Shown piece after piece: positions 46,586 through 56,656 of a DNA stretch of 64,000 nt. The position numbers and the translations under genes were made by a program. The notes under the pieces were generated by a model. The model made no database searches. It was not told the origin of the DNA and saw nothing but the letters and a program-made list of their open reading frames with translations. The stretch spans positions 1,244,200-1,308,199 of the forward strand of contig NZ_OZ240249.1 of NCBI RefSeq assembly GCF_965198245.1. The letters run 5' to 3'. Origin of the DNA: Candidatus Poriferisodalis sp. (GTDB lineage Bacteria; Actinomycetota; Acidimicrobiia; Acidimicrobiales; Poriferisodalaceae). Positions within the stretch are counted from its first letter, which is position 1. Every line of letters starts with the position of its first letter.

Positions 46586-46900
46586 ATGGCGTTTCGAGCT
46601 TCTGGCTCGATGTCCCGCGTTAGTCCTGCGGCGACGTCTCGTCGGTACTCGGCTGAGCAACGGGAGCACGCTGTGCCGATGGTGCTGGCGCTGCGAGAGG
46701 AGCTGGGCGCCTCGGCGGGGACGGTAACGCGTGTGGCTCCGCAGCTCGGCTACGGCGTGGAATCGGTCCGCAAGTGGGTGGCTCAGGCCGAGATCGACGC
46801 AGGCGTCCGTGCAGGGCTGAGCTCGGCGGAGAGCGAGGAGCTACGACGGTTGCGCCAGGAGAACCGCGAGCTGCGTCGGGCGAACGAGATCGTGCAGGGG
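46586..46900 (+). mobile_element. Remnant of an IS3-family transposase orfA (HTH plus leucine-zipper part only)
   Basis: RRYSAEQREHAVPMVLAL...TVTRVAPQLGYGVESVRKWVAQAEIDAGVRAGLSSAESEELRRLRQENRELRRANEIV is the canonical IS3/IS911 OrfA pattern. Similarity ends at about 46894, where the frameshift window and orfB should follow. No orfB or DDE domain is present. Confidence 0.7.
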
Positions 46901-47227
46901 GCGACGACTCGTGCCCGGACGCGCGGGACACCGAGGACGAAGCCCAGACCGAAGTGCGGGCAGTTTGCAAGTTTGACGAGCGGCAGTTCGGCATCGGAGA
47001 CGATGTGGAATACGACGTTGACGCGTGCGATGCCGCCCAGCACGCCTTTGAGATCGCCGGCTACGCGGCATTGCGCGCGTGCACGAGATAATTGATCTGC
47101 TTGCTGCACAAGCACCCCGTCGAGCATCGACGTACAGCCGATACCCGGCGCCATCCAAGCAGAAGCCATCTGCGGAGCACGTGGCTGGCAGTCGTTCCGT
47201 CATCGCTGCAGCAGTCGAGAGCCACGC

Positions 47228-47923
47228 ATGGGCGCACTGGCAAGGAACGGCGAGACGACAACGGCAGCCGCATCGCACCTCCAACGCAGTCGTAGCATTT
47301 GGCTGGTGAAGCAAGCAGAGCAGGCACCGGGCTGGGAGCCACTCGAACCCGTGTGGGAGATGGTCGGCAGATTCTGGAGAATCCAATACGGCTTGGAGAG
47401 CATGTTGCGGAACACGTTGCCGATGTTCACCGACGAAGACTGGACACTGCTGACTGCTGGTCAACTGAGGACCAAGTGCGAACGATGGTACCGCTCTCTC
47501 GGTATCAACGAATTCGTTCAACTTGACGAGGGGCTTCAATGGATCAAGCAGAGCGTCGCCAACCGAAACTGCGTTGCCCACGCCAAGCTCGAGGGCGAGT
47601 ACCTATGGGGCATCTTCAAGCCGATCAACGGCGAAGAAGGACAACGGCTAGAAATCACCCAACAATGGCTTGAAATCGCGTACGCCACAGCGTGGGTTGC
47701 TTTGCGCATGATCCATGATCTCGGCTTGGCCGTCATGGCTGCTGAATTCAGCAACGCCTTCTCTGCTGGCTTGGAGAAGATCCCCGATGAGGAACTGGCC
47801 CAAGCAGAGAGGGCTATTGCGAATCTGCCTCCCGAGCGGCGTCAATGGTTGGAGTCACTTACAGAGCCTCTGTTGTTCCCTGCGGGCCGACCAAAGTACA
47901 TAGCGCGAAGTCCATCGCCTTGA
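47228..47923 (+). CDS. Hypothetical protein with a HEPN-like RNxxAH motif, in a visibly AT-richer segment
   Basis: 231-aa ORF. The motif SVANRNCVAHAKLEG fits Rx4-6H / RN..AH of HEPN RNases, in an all-helical-looking context. Start uncertain (alternative Met at 47360). Confidence 0.4.
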   Translation: MGALARNGETTTAAASHLQRSRSIWLVKQAEQAPGWEPLEPVWEMVGRFWRIQYGLESMLRNTLPMFTDEDWTLLTAGQLRTKCERWYRSLGINEFVQLDEGLQWIKQSVANRNCVAHAKLEGEYLWGIFKPINGEEGQRLEITQQWLEIAYATAWVALRMIHDLGLAVMAAEFSNAFSAGLEKIPDEELAQAERAIANLPPERRQWLESLTEPLLFPAGRPKYIARSPSP

Positions 47924-47954
47924 CCTTTCTCAACAGGCCTTAGCAAGACTCACC

Positions 47955-48779
47955 TCAGGCGCCGGTCCATTCGGGCGGGCGCTTCTCCGCGAAGGCACGT
48001 CCGCCCTCTTTGGCATCGTCGCTGTCGCCCACGATCCTGCGAATCGACTCGCCCATGCGCAGGGCCTCGGTCCAGCCCATCCGCTGGCTTCGCCACGCCA
48101 CTTCCTTGACGGCCCGTACTGCCAGCGGCGCTCCCTGGCACAGGCGCGCCGCCAGCGAACGTGCTTCGTCCATGAGCGTGTCGTGCGGCACGACCTTCCA
48201 TGCCAGGCCCATCTCGCGGGCGCGTTCGGCGTCGATGTTGTCGCCCGTCAGCAGGATCTCCATGGCGTTCGCCCAGCCGATCTTGTGCGGCATCCGCATC
48301 GATCCCACGATGGTCGGCACGCCGATCTTCACCTCGGGCATGCCGAATACGGCGCGGTCCGACGCGATTAGGAAGTCCGCCACCAGTGCCCCTGTTAGCC
48401 CGTAGCCGATGCATGCACCGTTGACGGCCGCAATGACGGGCTTGAACAGTTCAAGACCACTCTCGAGGCTGTTGACGGTCGGGACCTCGAAGTACGACCC
48501 CGACCACGATCCCGCCGAGCCCCGGGTCGGGTCGCGCAGGTCGGCACCGGCACAGAACGCCCGCCCGGTGCCGGTCATGATCGCCACCCAGGCGTCGGGG
48601 TCGTTATAGAACTCCATCCACGCCGCATTCAGGCACTGGCGCATGTCGCCGTTGATGGCGTTCATGGCCTCGGGCCGGTTGTAGGTGATGGTGGCGATGT
48701 GCCCGCCGAGTTGGTACGTGGCAGCCGCGTCGGGGTCCGAGGTGTCAGGCACAGGGCCCCTGTAAGAAGGATCGGTCAT
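47955..48779 (-). CDS. Enoyl-CoA hydratase/isomerase (crotonase) family protein
   Basis: Start at Met93 of ORF 47955..49055 (MTDPSYRG). ITYNRPEAMNAIN, oxyanion-hole FCAGADL, AAVNGACIGYG. Confidence 0.85.
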   Translation of the reverse strand: MTDPSYRGPVPDTSDPDAAATYQLGGHIATITYNRPEAMNAINGDMRQCLNAAWMEFYNDPDAWVAIMTGTGRAFCAGADLRDPTRGSAGSWSGSYFEVPTVNSLESGLELFKPVIAAVNGACIGYGLTGALVADFLIASDRAVFGMPEVKIGVPTIVGSMRMPHKIGWANAMEILLTGDNIDAERAREMGLAWKVVPHDTLMDEARSLAARLCQGAPLAVRAVKEVAWRSQRMGWTEALRMGESIRRIVGDSDDAKEGGRAFAEKRPPEWTGA

Positions 48780-48873
48780 GCGAGTCGTTCTAGCGCACCC
48801 GCTGCGCCGGGACGATTTCAGCGGCCTCCCCCATTGACCGGTCAGTTCGAAGCACGGCAGGTACGTTGAGCAG

Positions 48874-49827
48874 GTGAGCGGCGGCACCGATGACAATGCG
48901 GTGATCGTCGAGACATCGGCGCTCACGCAACGCTTCGGGTCGACCGTGGCGCTTGACACGCTGGACGTGCGCATGCGACCCGGAGTCACCGGGCTGGTGG
49001 GCGCGAACGGCGCGGGCAAGACCACCTTGCTCAACGCCCTGCTCGGCCTGCGCATCCCGACCTCGGGCTCGGCGACGGTGCTGGGACTGGATCCACGCAG
49101 CCAGGGTGCGGCCTTACGGGCGAAAGTGGGGTTCGCTCCCGAACGTGACGTGCTACCCGACGAGATGCGCGCCGTGGACTTCGTGCGTCACCTGTCGCAG
49201 GTGCGTGGCCTGCCTCGTAGCGAGGCGCGCACCCGTGCCTCGGACAGCCTGTGGCTGGTCGGCTTGGGCGAGGAGCGCACACGCACGCTCGGCACGATGT
49301 CCACCGGTCAGCGCCAGCGGGTCAAGCTGGCACAAGCCATGGCGTCAGATCCGCAACTGGTGCTGCTCGACGAGCCGACGTCCGGGCTCGACCCAACGCA
49401 GCGCAGCGACATGCTGACCCTGATCGGCGAGATCAGCAACGAGCACTCGGTGAGCGTCGTGCTGTCGTCGCACCTGCTCGAGGAGGTCGAACGGGTCTGC
49501 GACCACATCGTGGCACTCGACGCGGGTCGCCTGGTCGCCGAAGGGCCGATCGCCGAGCTGATCGGCGACGGCGACGGCGAGGGCGTCACCTTGGAACTCG
49601 TCGACATTGCCGTGCCCTCGGGATCGGTGGACGCGGTCGTAAGCATGCTGCTCGGTGCCGGCATCGAGGTGGAGCGCTCGGGCACCACGCTGCGGCTGGG
49701 AGGCGTTGACCGCGACGAGCTGTGCGACCGGGCTCGCGACGCGGTAGCGGAAGCAGGAGCGCGTATCCGGCGTCTCGAGACCCGCCGCCGCACCTTGGCC
49801 GACCTGTTCGAAGCGTCAGCCATATGA
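48874..49827 (+). CDS. ABC transporter ATP-binding protein (ABC-2 exporter type)
   Basis: GANGAGKTT, MSTGQRQRVKLA, VLLDEPTSGLDP. Confidence 0.85.
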   Translation: MSGGTDDNAVIVETSALTQRFGSTVALDTLDVRMRPGVTGLVGANGAGKTTLLNALLGLRIPTSGSATVLGLDPRSQGAALRAKVGFAPERDVLPDEMRAVDFVRHLSQVRGLPRSEARTRASDSLWLVGLGEERTRTLGTMSTGQRQRVKLAQAMASDPQLVLLDEPTSGLDPTQRSDMLTLIGEISNEHSVSVVLSSHLLEEVERVCDHIVALDAGRLVAEGPIAELIGDGDGEGVTLELVDIAVPSGSVDAVVSMLLGAGIEVERSGTTLRLGGVDRDELCDRARDAVAEAGARIRRLETRRRTLADLFEASAI

Positions 49828-50771
49828 ACGACATGAACGACGCCCGCACGATGGCGACCGAAGCCGCCGACGACGCTGCACAGATTCTCGACCAGCGCTA
49901 CCGGCCCTACAACGGCCCCCGCCGCGGACTTGCCGGCGCGATGCGCGCCGTCGTCGGGTCGTCATTCAGGTTCACGCTGGGATTCGGGCGACCGGCGCGC
50001 CACAAGTTCCTGCCGTGGCTGGCTGTGGTGATCGCACTGGTTCCTGCCATTGTGTTCGTCGGCATCGCCACCGTGATCGACGTCGACATGATCTCCGAGC
50101 AGATCCTGCCCGACTACCACCAGTACTACGGCTTGATTGAGGCGGCGCTGTTCTTCTACTGCGGCATCGTGGTGCCGGAGATCCTGGTCGCCGACCGCCG
50201 CAACGGGATGCTGCCGCTGTACTTGTCGACGCCGCTGCGGCTGTGGAGCTATCTCGTCTCGAAGTCGGCCGCGGTGGCCGTCACGTTGGCGGTCATCACC
50301 ATCGGGCCGCTGCTGTTCCTGCTCATTGCCTACACCGTGGAGGGATCGGGTCCTGATGGGCTGGGGGACTGGCTGATCGTGCTCGTGCGCATCTTGGGTT
50401 CCGGCATCGCCATCGCCGCCACCATCACCGCGGCCAGCCTGGCCATTTCGAGCCTCACCGACCGGCGCGCCTTCGCAGTGATCGGCGTCGTCCTGCTCTT
50501 GCTGGGCAGCAATCTCGTCACCAGCGTGCTCGTCGAAACCGCCGAGCTCGACGCCCGGTTGTACGCGTTCAACCTCGGCGAAATCGGTGCGGCGCTGAAG
50601 GACCGCATCTACGGCGTCGGTCCGCCGACCCCGTTGGGGGCGGGTGAAGCGTCGCAGGGCCAGCGCCTCAGCGAGCTGTCGACGATCTTCGTCGTGGCGG
50701 TGAACGCGGCTTGGGTCGCAGCAGGCGCGGCAGTGGTTTGGTGGCGCTACCGGCGGATCGAGGGGAGCTGA
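49824..50771 (+). CDS. ABC-2-type membrane permease
   Basis: Start at MNDMNDAR (ATGA overlap with the ATPase stop). About 6 TM spans. Confidence 0.7.
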   Translation: MNDMNDARTMATEAADDAAQILDQRYRPYNGPRRGLAGAMRAVVGSSFRFTLGFGRPARHKFLPWLAVVIALVPAIVFVGIATVIDVDMISEQILPDYHQYYGLIEAALFFYCGIVVPEILVADRRNGMLPLYLSTPLRLWSYLVSKSAAVAVTLAVITIGPLLFLLIAYTVEGSGPDGLGDWLIVLVRILGSGIAIAATITAASLAISSLTDRRAFAVIGVVLLLLGSNLVTSVLVETAELDARLYAFNLGEIGAALKDRIYGVGPPTPLGAGEASQGQRLSELSTIFVVAVNAAWVAAGAAVVWWRYRRIEGS

Positions 50772-51802
50772 TGAACGCGCGCCCCCATCCGGTGCCTGCA
50801 CCCGAACCCGATTCGACGACCGGACGGCCCTCGCCCTGCAGCGGATCCGCTGACCCCTCGACGGACTCCCCGAATGACGCCACGCCCTCCGGCATGGTCG
50901 AGGTGCATGGAGTGTCGAAGTTCTTCGGTGACGTGGTGGCCGTGTCGGACGTGACGTTCACGGTTCGCGCCGGCGTCACCGCGCTGCTCGGTCCCAACGG
51001 TGCGGGCAAGTCGACGCTCTTTCGCATGATGTGCGGGCTCACCCCGCCATCGCGTGGAACGGTGCGAGTGCTGGGAGCCGACGCCCGGGGAGATCGCGAC
51101 GTGCGAGGCCGCATCGGTCTCTCGCCCCAGCAGGACGCCCTCTTCGACCGGCTCGACGCACTCGACTTCGTGAGCATTGCCGCGGCAACCCAGGGCGTGG
51201 CTGACCCGAGAGCTGCCGGACGCCATGCACTGGGAGTTGTCGAACTCGACCCGGACGATCATCGGCCGGTGTCGGGCTATTCCAAGGGCATGCGCCAGCG
51301 CACCAAGTTGGCTGCCGCACTCGTCCACGATCCTGAGGTGCTGATCTTGGACGAGCCGCTCAACGGCCTCGATCCAGTCCAGCGACGTCGCATGATCGAA
51401 CTGCTCGAGGGCTTGGGCGCGCAGGGACGCTGCGTGCTCGTGTCCTCGCATGTGCTCGAAGAGGTCGCTCGCCTGGGGTCACGCATCCTGGTGATCGCCC
51501 AAGGCCGTCTGGTGGCGAGCGGCGACTACCGCGATCTCCGGGAGCTGATGGACGATCGCCCGCACCGCATCAGCATCGAAGCAGACCAGCCTCGTGCTCT
51601 CGCCGCTGCGCTTGTCAGCTCGGGCACCGTCGTGGGCGTGCGCATCGACGGCGACGTGGTGGTGGCAGACACGCTGGAGGTGGATCGGCTCGGGCGTGAG
51701 ATCGCGCCATTGGCGAAGGGCCTCGGCACCCGTCTGCGACGCGTCATACCGCTGGACGAGGACCTCGAATCGGTATTCCGCTACCTGGTGGAACGACGAT
51801 GA
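50771..51802 (+). CDS. Second ABC transporter ATP-binding protein of the same cluster
   Basis: Start at MNARPHP (1-nt overlap with the previous stop). GPNGAGKST, YSKGMRQRTKLA, LILDEPLNGLDP. Confidence 0.85.
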   Translation: MNARPHPVPAPEPDSTTGRPSPCSGSADPSTDSPNDATPSGMVEVHGVSKFFGDVVAVSDVTFTVRAGVTALLGPNGAGKSTLFRMMCGLTPPSRGTVRVLGADARGDRDVRGRIGLSPQQDALFDRLDALDFVSIAAATQGVADPRAAGRHALGVVELDPDDHRPVSGYSKGMRQRTKLAAALVHDPEVLILDEPLNGLDPVQRRRMIELLEGLGAQGRCVLVSSHVLEEVARLGSRILVIAQGRLVASGDYRDLRELMDDRPHRISIEADQPRALAAALVSSGTVVGVRIDGDVVVADTLEVDRLGREIAPLAKGLGTRLRRVIPLDEDLESVFRYLVERR

Positions 51803-52599
51803 GCGAAGCCATCGACACGGGGCAGACGACCGTGCAACGCCGTCGTGTCGGATCCGTACGGGCGACCGTGCTGTGCTACCGAGTCCTGATCCGCCAGATC
51901 GTGACGGCCGGCCGGCTCGCGGCACTCGCCGCTCTCGGAGCAATCATGATCGTGGTCGGCTGGGTCGCGGGGATCGCTGCGGCTGACCGGGACCTCAGCG
52001 CAGCGGAGATGTTGCGTGACGGGGCGGGCTACGCCGATGCGTTCGGCTTGATCGTGATCGTCCCGATCGTGTCGTTGGTGTTCGCCGCGGCCTCGCTGGG
52101 TGATGCCCGCGATGACGGCACGCTCGTGTACTTGTGGCTGCGTCCGATGGGTCGCGCGCCTGTGGCAGCCGCCGCGGCCGCGGTCGCCATGACGGCGGCG
52201 CTGCCGCTGTGCGTTGCACCGACGGTGCTGGGGGGCTGGCTGGCATCAGGCGGCGCTGCAGGGTCGGGAGACCTTGCAGTCGGGATCTTGGCTGCGGCGG
52301 CGCTGGGGACGGTGGCGTATTCGTGCTTGTTCGTGCTCGTCGGGCTGCTGTTCCGCAAGGCGGTGCTGTGGGGGATCGCCTACGTATTGCTGTGGGAGGG
52401 ACTCGCTGTGGGTCTCGGCGAGTTCGCTGCGCGGCTCTCGCTGCGCGGCTATGCCCGTTCGGTGCTCGCCCAGATCGCCGACGTCGACCTGGGTTTCGAT
52501 CCCAACCGTGGGGTCACGGCCATCGTGGTGCTCGCCTGCGTGTCGGTCGCGAGCCTCGGTCTCGCCGCGTTGCGCCTCAGGCATATCAACGTGGACTAA
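51799..52599 (+). CDS. Second ABC-2-type membrane permease
   Basis: 266 aa, 4-nt overlap with the ATPase, about 6 TM spans. Confidence 0.7.
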   Translation: MSEAIDTGQTTVQRRRVGSVRATVLCYRVLIRQIVTAGRLAALAALGAIMIVVGWVAGIAAADRDLSAAEMLRDGAGYADAFGLIVIVPIVSLVFAAASLGDARDDGTLVYLWLRPMGRAPVAAAAAAVAMTAALPLCVAPTVLGGWLASGGAAGSGDLAVGILAAAALGTVAYSCLFVLVGLLFRKAVLWGIAYVLLWEGLAVGLGEFAARLSLRGYARSVLAQIADVDLGFDPNRGVTAIVVLACVSVASLGLAALRLRHINVD

Positions 52600-52757
52600 G
52601 TGCCTCAGCGGATAGGCGGCGATGCCCGGCAGCCCCGACGGCTTGGACTTTGCGCAGAAATGCCGCCACAGACGGCAAAATTGCACAAAGAAAGCGTGAC
52701 AGCAACTTTCCGAGACGTCGACTATCCGCGCGGCCTCTCAGAGCCCGAGTTCCCCCA

Positions 52758-52777
52758 GTGTCGGGTTGACCCGACAC
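52758..52777 (+). promoter_or_regulatory. Perfect 8-bp hairpin/palindrome GTGTCGGG-ttga-CCCGACAC just upstream of the likely glycosyltransferase start
   Basis: Read directly. It overlaps the listed TTG start (52766), which argues that the real start is the GTG at 52781 or 52787. It could be an operator, a 5'-UTR structure or the terminator of the ABC operon. Confidence 0.3.
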
Positions 52778-53809
52778 AATGTGCGGGTGCGCTTGGTGAT
52801 CCAGATCCCCTGTCTCGATGAGGCAGAGACGCTAGGTGAGACCCTGAGCGCGCTGCCACGCCAAGTGGAGGGCTTCAGCGAAGTGCTGTGGCTGGTCATC
52901 GACGACGGCTCAACCGATGACACGGTCGACGTGGCATGGACTCATGGCGCCGACGCAGTCGTGAGCCTGACGCAGAACAAGGGGCTCGCGGTGGCCTTCG
53001 CCAGCGGCGTCGACGCAGCGCTGCGCATGGGTGCCGACGTCATCGTCAACACCGACGGCGACAACCAGTACAACGCGGGAGACATCAGCCGGCTCACCGA
53101 ACCGATCGTCGCGGGTCGGGCCGACCTGGTCATCGGCTCACGGGACATCCGCAATCACCCTGAGTTCTCACCGCTCAAGAAGCGGCTGCAACGACTCGGC
53201 TCGTGGACCGTGCGCCAGGCCTCGGCCACCGATGTGGCCGACGTCACCTCCGGATTCCGTGCCTACAACCGGGAGGCGGCGCTCGCAGCGAACGTGGTGT
53301 CGCGCTTCACGTACACGCTCGAGACGGTGATCCAGGCCGGCAAGTCGGACTTGGCCGTCACCGATGTGCCGGTTCGGGTGAATCCCACCACCCGCCCGTC
53401 CCGCCTTTTCAAATCCAAGCGGCAGTACGTGCGCAGGGCCGCGGGCACCATCGTCCGCGTGTACGCCATGCACGAGCCACTGCGGGTTTTTGCCGTGTTG
53501 GCTGCGGGGTTCGCGGCGGTCGGCGTCTTGCTGTTCGCCCGCTTCGGATGGTTCCTGGTGACCTCAGACGGTTCGGGCCACGTGCAGTCGCTCATCATCG
53601 GCGCGGTTGCGTTGCTGGTGGCGATGCAGTTGCTGATGCTCGGTGTCCTAGCGGACCTGCTGCGAGCCAACCGGGTGATTGCCGAGCGAACGCTGCGCCG
53701 GGTGCGTGCCATCGAGCTCGACGTCGGCACCCTTACTAGTGACAAGCGGGTGGCGGAGGAGAGTTCTTCCCCACCCGCCGCGCCAGGGGGCTCCGCAGCT
53801 ACGAGATAA
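52766..53809 (+). CDS. Family 2 glycosyltransferase (polyprenol-phosphate sugar synthase-like) with C-terminal TM helices
   Basis: VIQIPCLDEAETLGETL, VIDDGSTDDT, NTDGDNQY (DxD region), C-terminal hydrophobic spans. The start is probably 52781 or 52787. Confidence 0.8.
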   Translation: MTRHNVRVRLVIQIPCLDEAETLGETLSALPRQVEGFSEVLWLVIDDGSTDDTVDVAWTHGADAVVSLTQNKGLAVAFASGVDAALRMGADVIVNTDGDNQYNAGDISRLTEPIVAGRADLVIGSRDIRNHPEFSPLKKRLQRLGSWTVRQASATDVADVTSGFRAYNREAALAANVVSRFTYTLETVIQAGKSDLAVTDVPVRVNPTTRPSRLFKSKRQYVRRAAGTIVRVYAMHEPLRVFAVLAAGFAAVGVLLFARFGWFLVTSDGSGHVQSLIIGAVALLVAMQLLMLGVLADLLRANRVIAERTLRRVRAIELDVGTLTSDKRVAEESSSPPAAPGGSAATR

Positions 53810-55571
53810 CGACCACCACGTCGCCGGCGCCCACGGTGTCGCCCGGCGCGACCTTGATCTCGGTGACGGTTCCGGAGCGGTCCGCGTTGATGCTGTTCTC
53901 CATCTTCATGGCTTCGAGCACGACCACGCCGTCGCCGCTGGTGACCTCTTGGCCGACCTCAACAAGGATCTCGACGATGGTGCCTTGCATCGGGACGGTC
54001 ACCTGACCCGTACCGGTGCCGGCTGAGGCGGCGCTGCTCGCGCGCCTCGGGCGCGCCGAAGCAGTTGCAGCGCCGGACGAGGCTGCCTCGGGCACCCATG
54101 CGCTCACCGAGAATCGCTTGCCATCGACCTCGACGACGACGTCGCGCCGCACGCGCGGCATGTCGTCGCTGTCGGATGTGCCACCAGACCCGACGGGGGG
54201 CTCGGCGTCGGCCTTGCCGCTCACACCACTCAGGTCGAGTTGTTCCTCAACCCATCTGGTGCTGTGGGTGCCGGCCCGGAAATCTTCCGACGCCATGATC
54301 ACGGTGTGGGCGGCAACAGTTGTCGCAACGCCGCCGATGCTCAATTCGCCCAGCGCCCGCTGCATGCGAGCGATTGCTGTCGGGCGGTCCGAGCCCCACA
54401 CGATGAGCTTGCCGATGAGGTTGTCGTAGTACTGGCTGATGGTGTCGCCTGCCTCGTACCCGCCGTCCCAGCGAACGCCGAAACCGTCGGGCACACGCAG
54501 TGACGTCAGCGACCCGGGTGAGGGCAGGAATCGCCCGCCCGCGGGATCCTCGGCGTTGATACGCGCCTCGATGGCGTGCCCGACCGAGGTCACCTCCGAC
54601 TGCGTGAACGACAGCCGCTCGCCGGCGGCCACCCGGATCTGTTCGCGGACCAGATCGACGCCGGTCACCATCTCCGTTACCGGGTGCTCCACCTGCAGCC
54701 GGGTGTTCATTTCCAAGTAGAAGAACTCGCCGTCTTGATAGAGAAATTCGACGGTGCCTGCGTTCGTGTAGTCGCAGCCGCGGGCAACCGCCACCGCTGC
54801 GTCTCCCATCGCCTTGCGAACGGCGTCATCGAGAAGCGGCGCGGGACTTTCTTCAACCAGCTTCTGGTGCCGGCGCTGAGCGGAGCAGTCGCGCTCGCCC
54901 AGCCAGACGGCGTTGCCGTGATGGTCGGCGATGATCTGCACCTCGATGTGGCGCGGCCAGGTGAGGTAGCGCTCCATGTAGCACTCGCCGCGCCCGAAGA
55001 ACGCCTCGGCCTCGCGCTGCGCAGACTCCAGCGCGGCTTCGATCTCGTCAGGCCCGCCAACGACCTTCATGCCGCGGCCGCCGCCGCCGTAAGCCGCCTT
55101 GATGGCGATGGGGTAGCCATGGGTTGCCCCAAAAGCAGCGACCTCGTCGGTCGAGGTGATCACTTCGGTGGTGCCCGGAACGCCGGCGACCCCGGACCGT
55201 TGGGCAGCGAGGCGCGCCGAGATCTTGTCGCCCATCACCTCGATGGCTTCCGGTGGCGGTCCCACGAAGGTCACACCCCGGGAGGTGATGGCCCGCGCGA
55301 AGTCGGCGTTTTCGGAGTAGAAGCCGTAGCCGGGATGGACTGCGTCAGCCCCGCTGCGGGAGATCACGTCCAGGATTGCTTCGGTGTTGAGGTAGCTCTC
55401 GGCTGCCGTCCGGCCGCCGAGGGCGAACGCCTCATCCGCGAGCCGCACATGCATGGCGTCGCGGTCCAGTTCGCTGTAGACGGCGACCGATGAGATGCCC
55501 AGCTCGCGGCAGGTCCGGATGACACGCACAGCGATCTCGCCCCGGTTGGCGATGAGGAGCTTGCTGAACAC
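53799..55571 (-). CDS. accA: Acyl-CoA carboxylase alpha subunit (biotin carboxylase plus biotin carboxyl carrier domains)
   Basis: MFSKLLIANRGEIAVRVIRT, ATP-grasp motifs, C-terminal biotinylation motif VLEAMKMEN. Confidence 0.9.
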   Translation of the reverse strand: MFSKLLIANRGEIAVRVIRTCRELGISSVAVYSELDRDAMHVRLADEAFALGGRTAAESYLNTEAILDVISRSGADAVHPGYGFYSENADFARAITSRGVTFVGPPPEAIEVMGDKISARLAAQRSGVAGVPGTTEVITSTDEVAAFGATHGYPIAIKAAYGGGGRGMKVVGGPDEIEAALESAQREAEAFFGRGECYMERYLTWPRHIEVQIIADHHGNAVWLGERDCSAQRRHQKLVEESPAPLLDDAVRKAMGDAAVAVARGCDYTNAGTVEFLYQDGEFFYLEMNTRLQVEHPVTEMVTGVDLVREQIRVAAGERLSFTQSEVTSVGHAIEARINAEDPAGGRFLPSPGSLTSLRVPDGFGVRWDGGYEAGDTISQYYDNLIGKLIVWGSDRPTAIARMQRALGELSIGGVATTVAAHTVIMASEDFRAGTHSTRWVEEQLDLSGVSGKADAEPPVGSGGTSDSDDMPRVRRDVVVEVDGKRFSVSAWVPEAASSGAATASARPRRASSAASAGTGTGQVTVPMQGTIVEILVEVGQEVTSGDGVVVLEAMKMENSINADRSGTVTEIKVAPGDTVGAGDVVVVIS

Positions 55572-55625
55572 GAATCAGGTCCTAACAGGCCGCGCGGATA
55601 GGCAGAACATCGATCGGCGACGTTA

Positions 55626-56546
55626 TTGCTCTCCGCTCCTGTTCGCTACCGATACTGTCGCTGCGTGCCTGCCGAGCAGGATCCGGGGCAGTTCGACTCA
55701 CCGCACTTCAGCAGTGTCGACGGCACCCGCTTCACCGATGTCGAGTGGCACGACGAGATCGGCTCCACCAATACCGAACTGCTCGATCGGGCCCGACGCG
55801 GCGCACCCGAAGGGGTCGTGCTGATTGCGGACCGCCAGACCGCCGGTCGCGGTCGCCGTGGTCGCAGGTGGACGGCGCCGCCGGGCAGCTCGTTGATGAT
55901 GTCCGTGCTGCTGCGACCGCCAGCGGGTCCGCTGCCTCCTGCTCGTGCGGCCTTGGTGACGCTCGCAGTCGCGCTTGCTGCAGCCGACGCATGCGAGCAG
56001 ACGAGCGGCATTCGACCCCAGCTGAAGTGGCCCAACGACCTTGTGATCGCTGGCGATGCGGGCCTTGGCACAACTCGTCAAGACCGCAAGCTCGCCGGCA
56101 TCCTGGCTGAGTCCATCAGCACCCAAGGACAGATCACGGCACTTGTTGTGGGCATGGGCCTCAACACCGGGTGGCCGGAGGTGCCCGCAGAACTGGACGG
56201 CATCGCGACCAGCCTCAACCTGGAATCTGGTGTTCCAGTGGACCGAACTCTGCTGGCGCGCCGGGTGCTTGCGGGACTCGAAGCTCGATACGGGCGCCTC
56301 TGCCACAGCGGCGAAGGTGCCAGCGACGCCACCGGGACAACCAAAGTGCTGGAAGAAGCGCGGCAGAATTCGGCCACGCTCGGCCGTCGAGTTCGCATCT
56401 CGCTTGATGCCACGACGATGTCGCGTGTCCTCGAAGGACTCGCGACTGACCTCGATGCCCAAGGGCGATTGTTGGTCACCGATGACGCCGGCGCTGCCCA
56501 CACTGTGGCCGTCGGCGATGTCGTGCATCTGCGGTCGGCCCAGTAG
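55626..56546 (+). CDS. birA: Biotin--[acetyl-CoA-carboxylase] ligase
   Basis: GSTNTELL, signature QTAGRGRRGRRW, KWPNDL. The start may be the GTG at about 55665. Divergent from accA. Confidence 0.85.
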   Translation: MLSAPVRYRYCRCVPAEQDPGQFDSPHFSSVDGTRFTDVEWHDEIGSTNTELLDRARRGAPEGVVLIADRQTAGRGRRGRRWTAPPGSSLMMSVLLRPPAGPLPPARAALVTLAVALAAADACEQTSGIRPQLKWPNDLVIAGDAGLGTTRQDRKLAGILAESISTQGQITALVVGMGLNTGWPEVPAELDGIATSLNLESGVPVDRTLLARRVLAGLEARYGRLCHSGEGASDATGTTKVLEEARQNSATLGRRVRISLDATTMSRVLEGLATDLDAQGRLLVTDDAGAAHTVAVGDVVHLRSAQ

Positions 56547-56656
56547 TGGTCGAGGCTGGGCGAAACTCTTCTGTGCCCGGACTCGGCGTCGGGTAGAACC
56601 GCGCTGCGGGACCGCGCCCGCTAACGCCGCGTCAACACCAACAGAGCGAGGATGCC

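Noticed and set aside
46594-46610. Hairpin TCGAGC-ttctg-GCTCGA after the membrane-protein gene, considered as the terminal inverted repeat of the IS3 remnant
   Set aside because: It is a simple local hairpin, and no matching inverted copy can be found at the other side of the remnant. At most it is a weak terminator.
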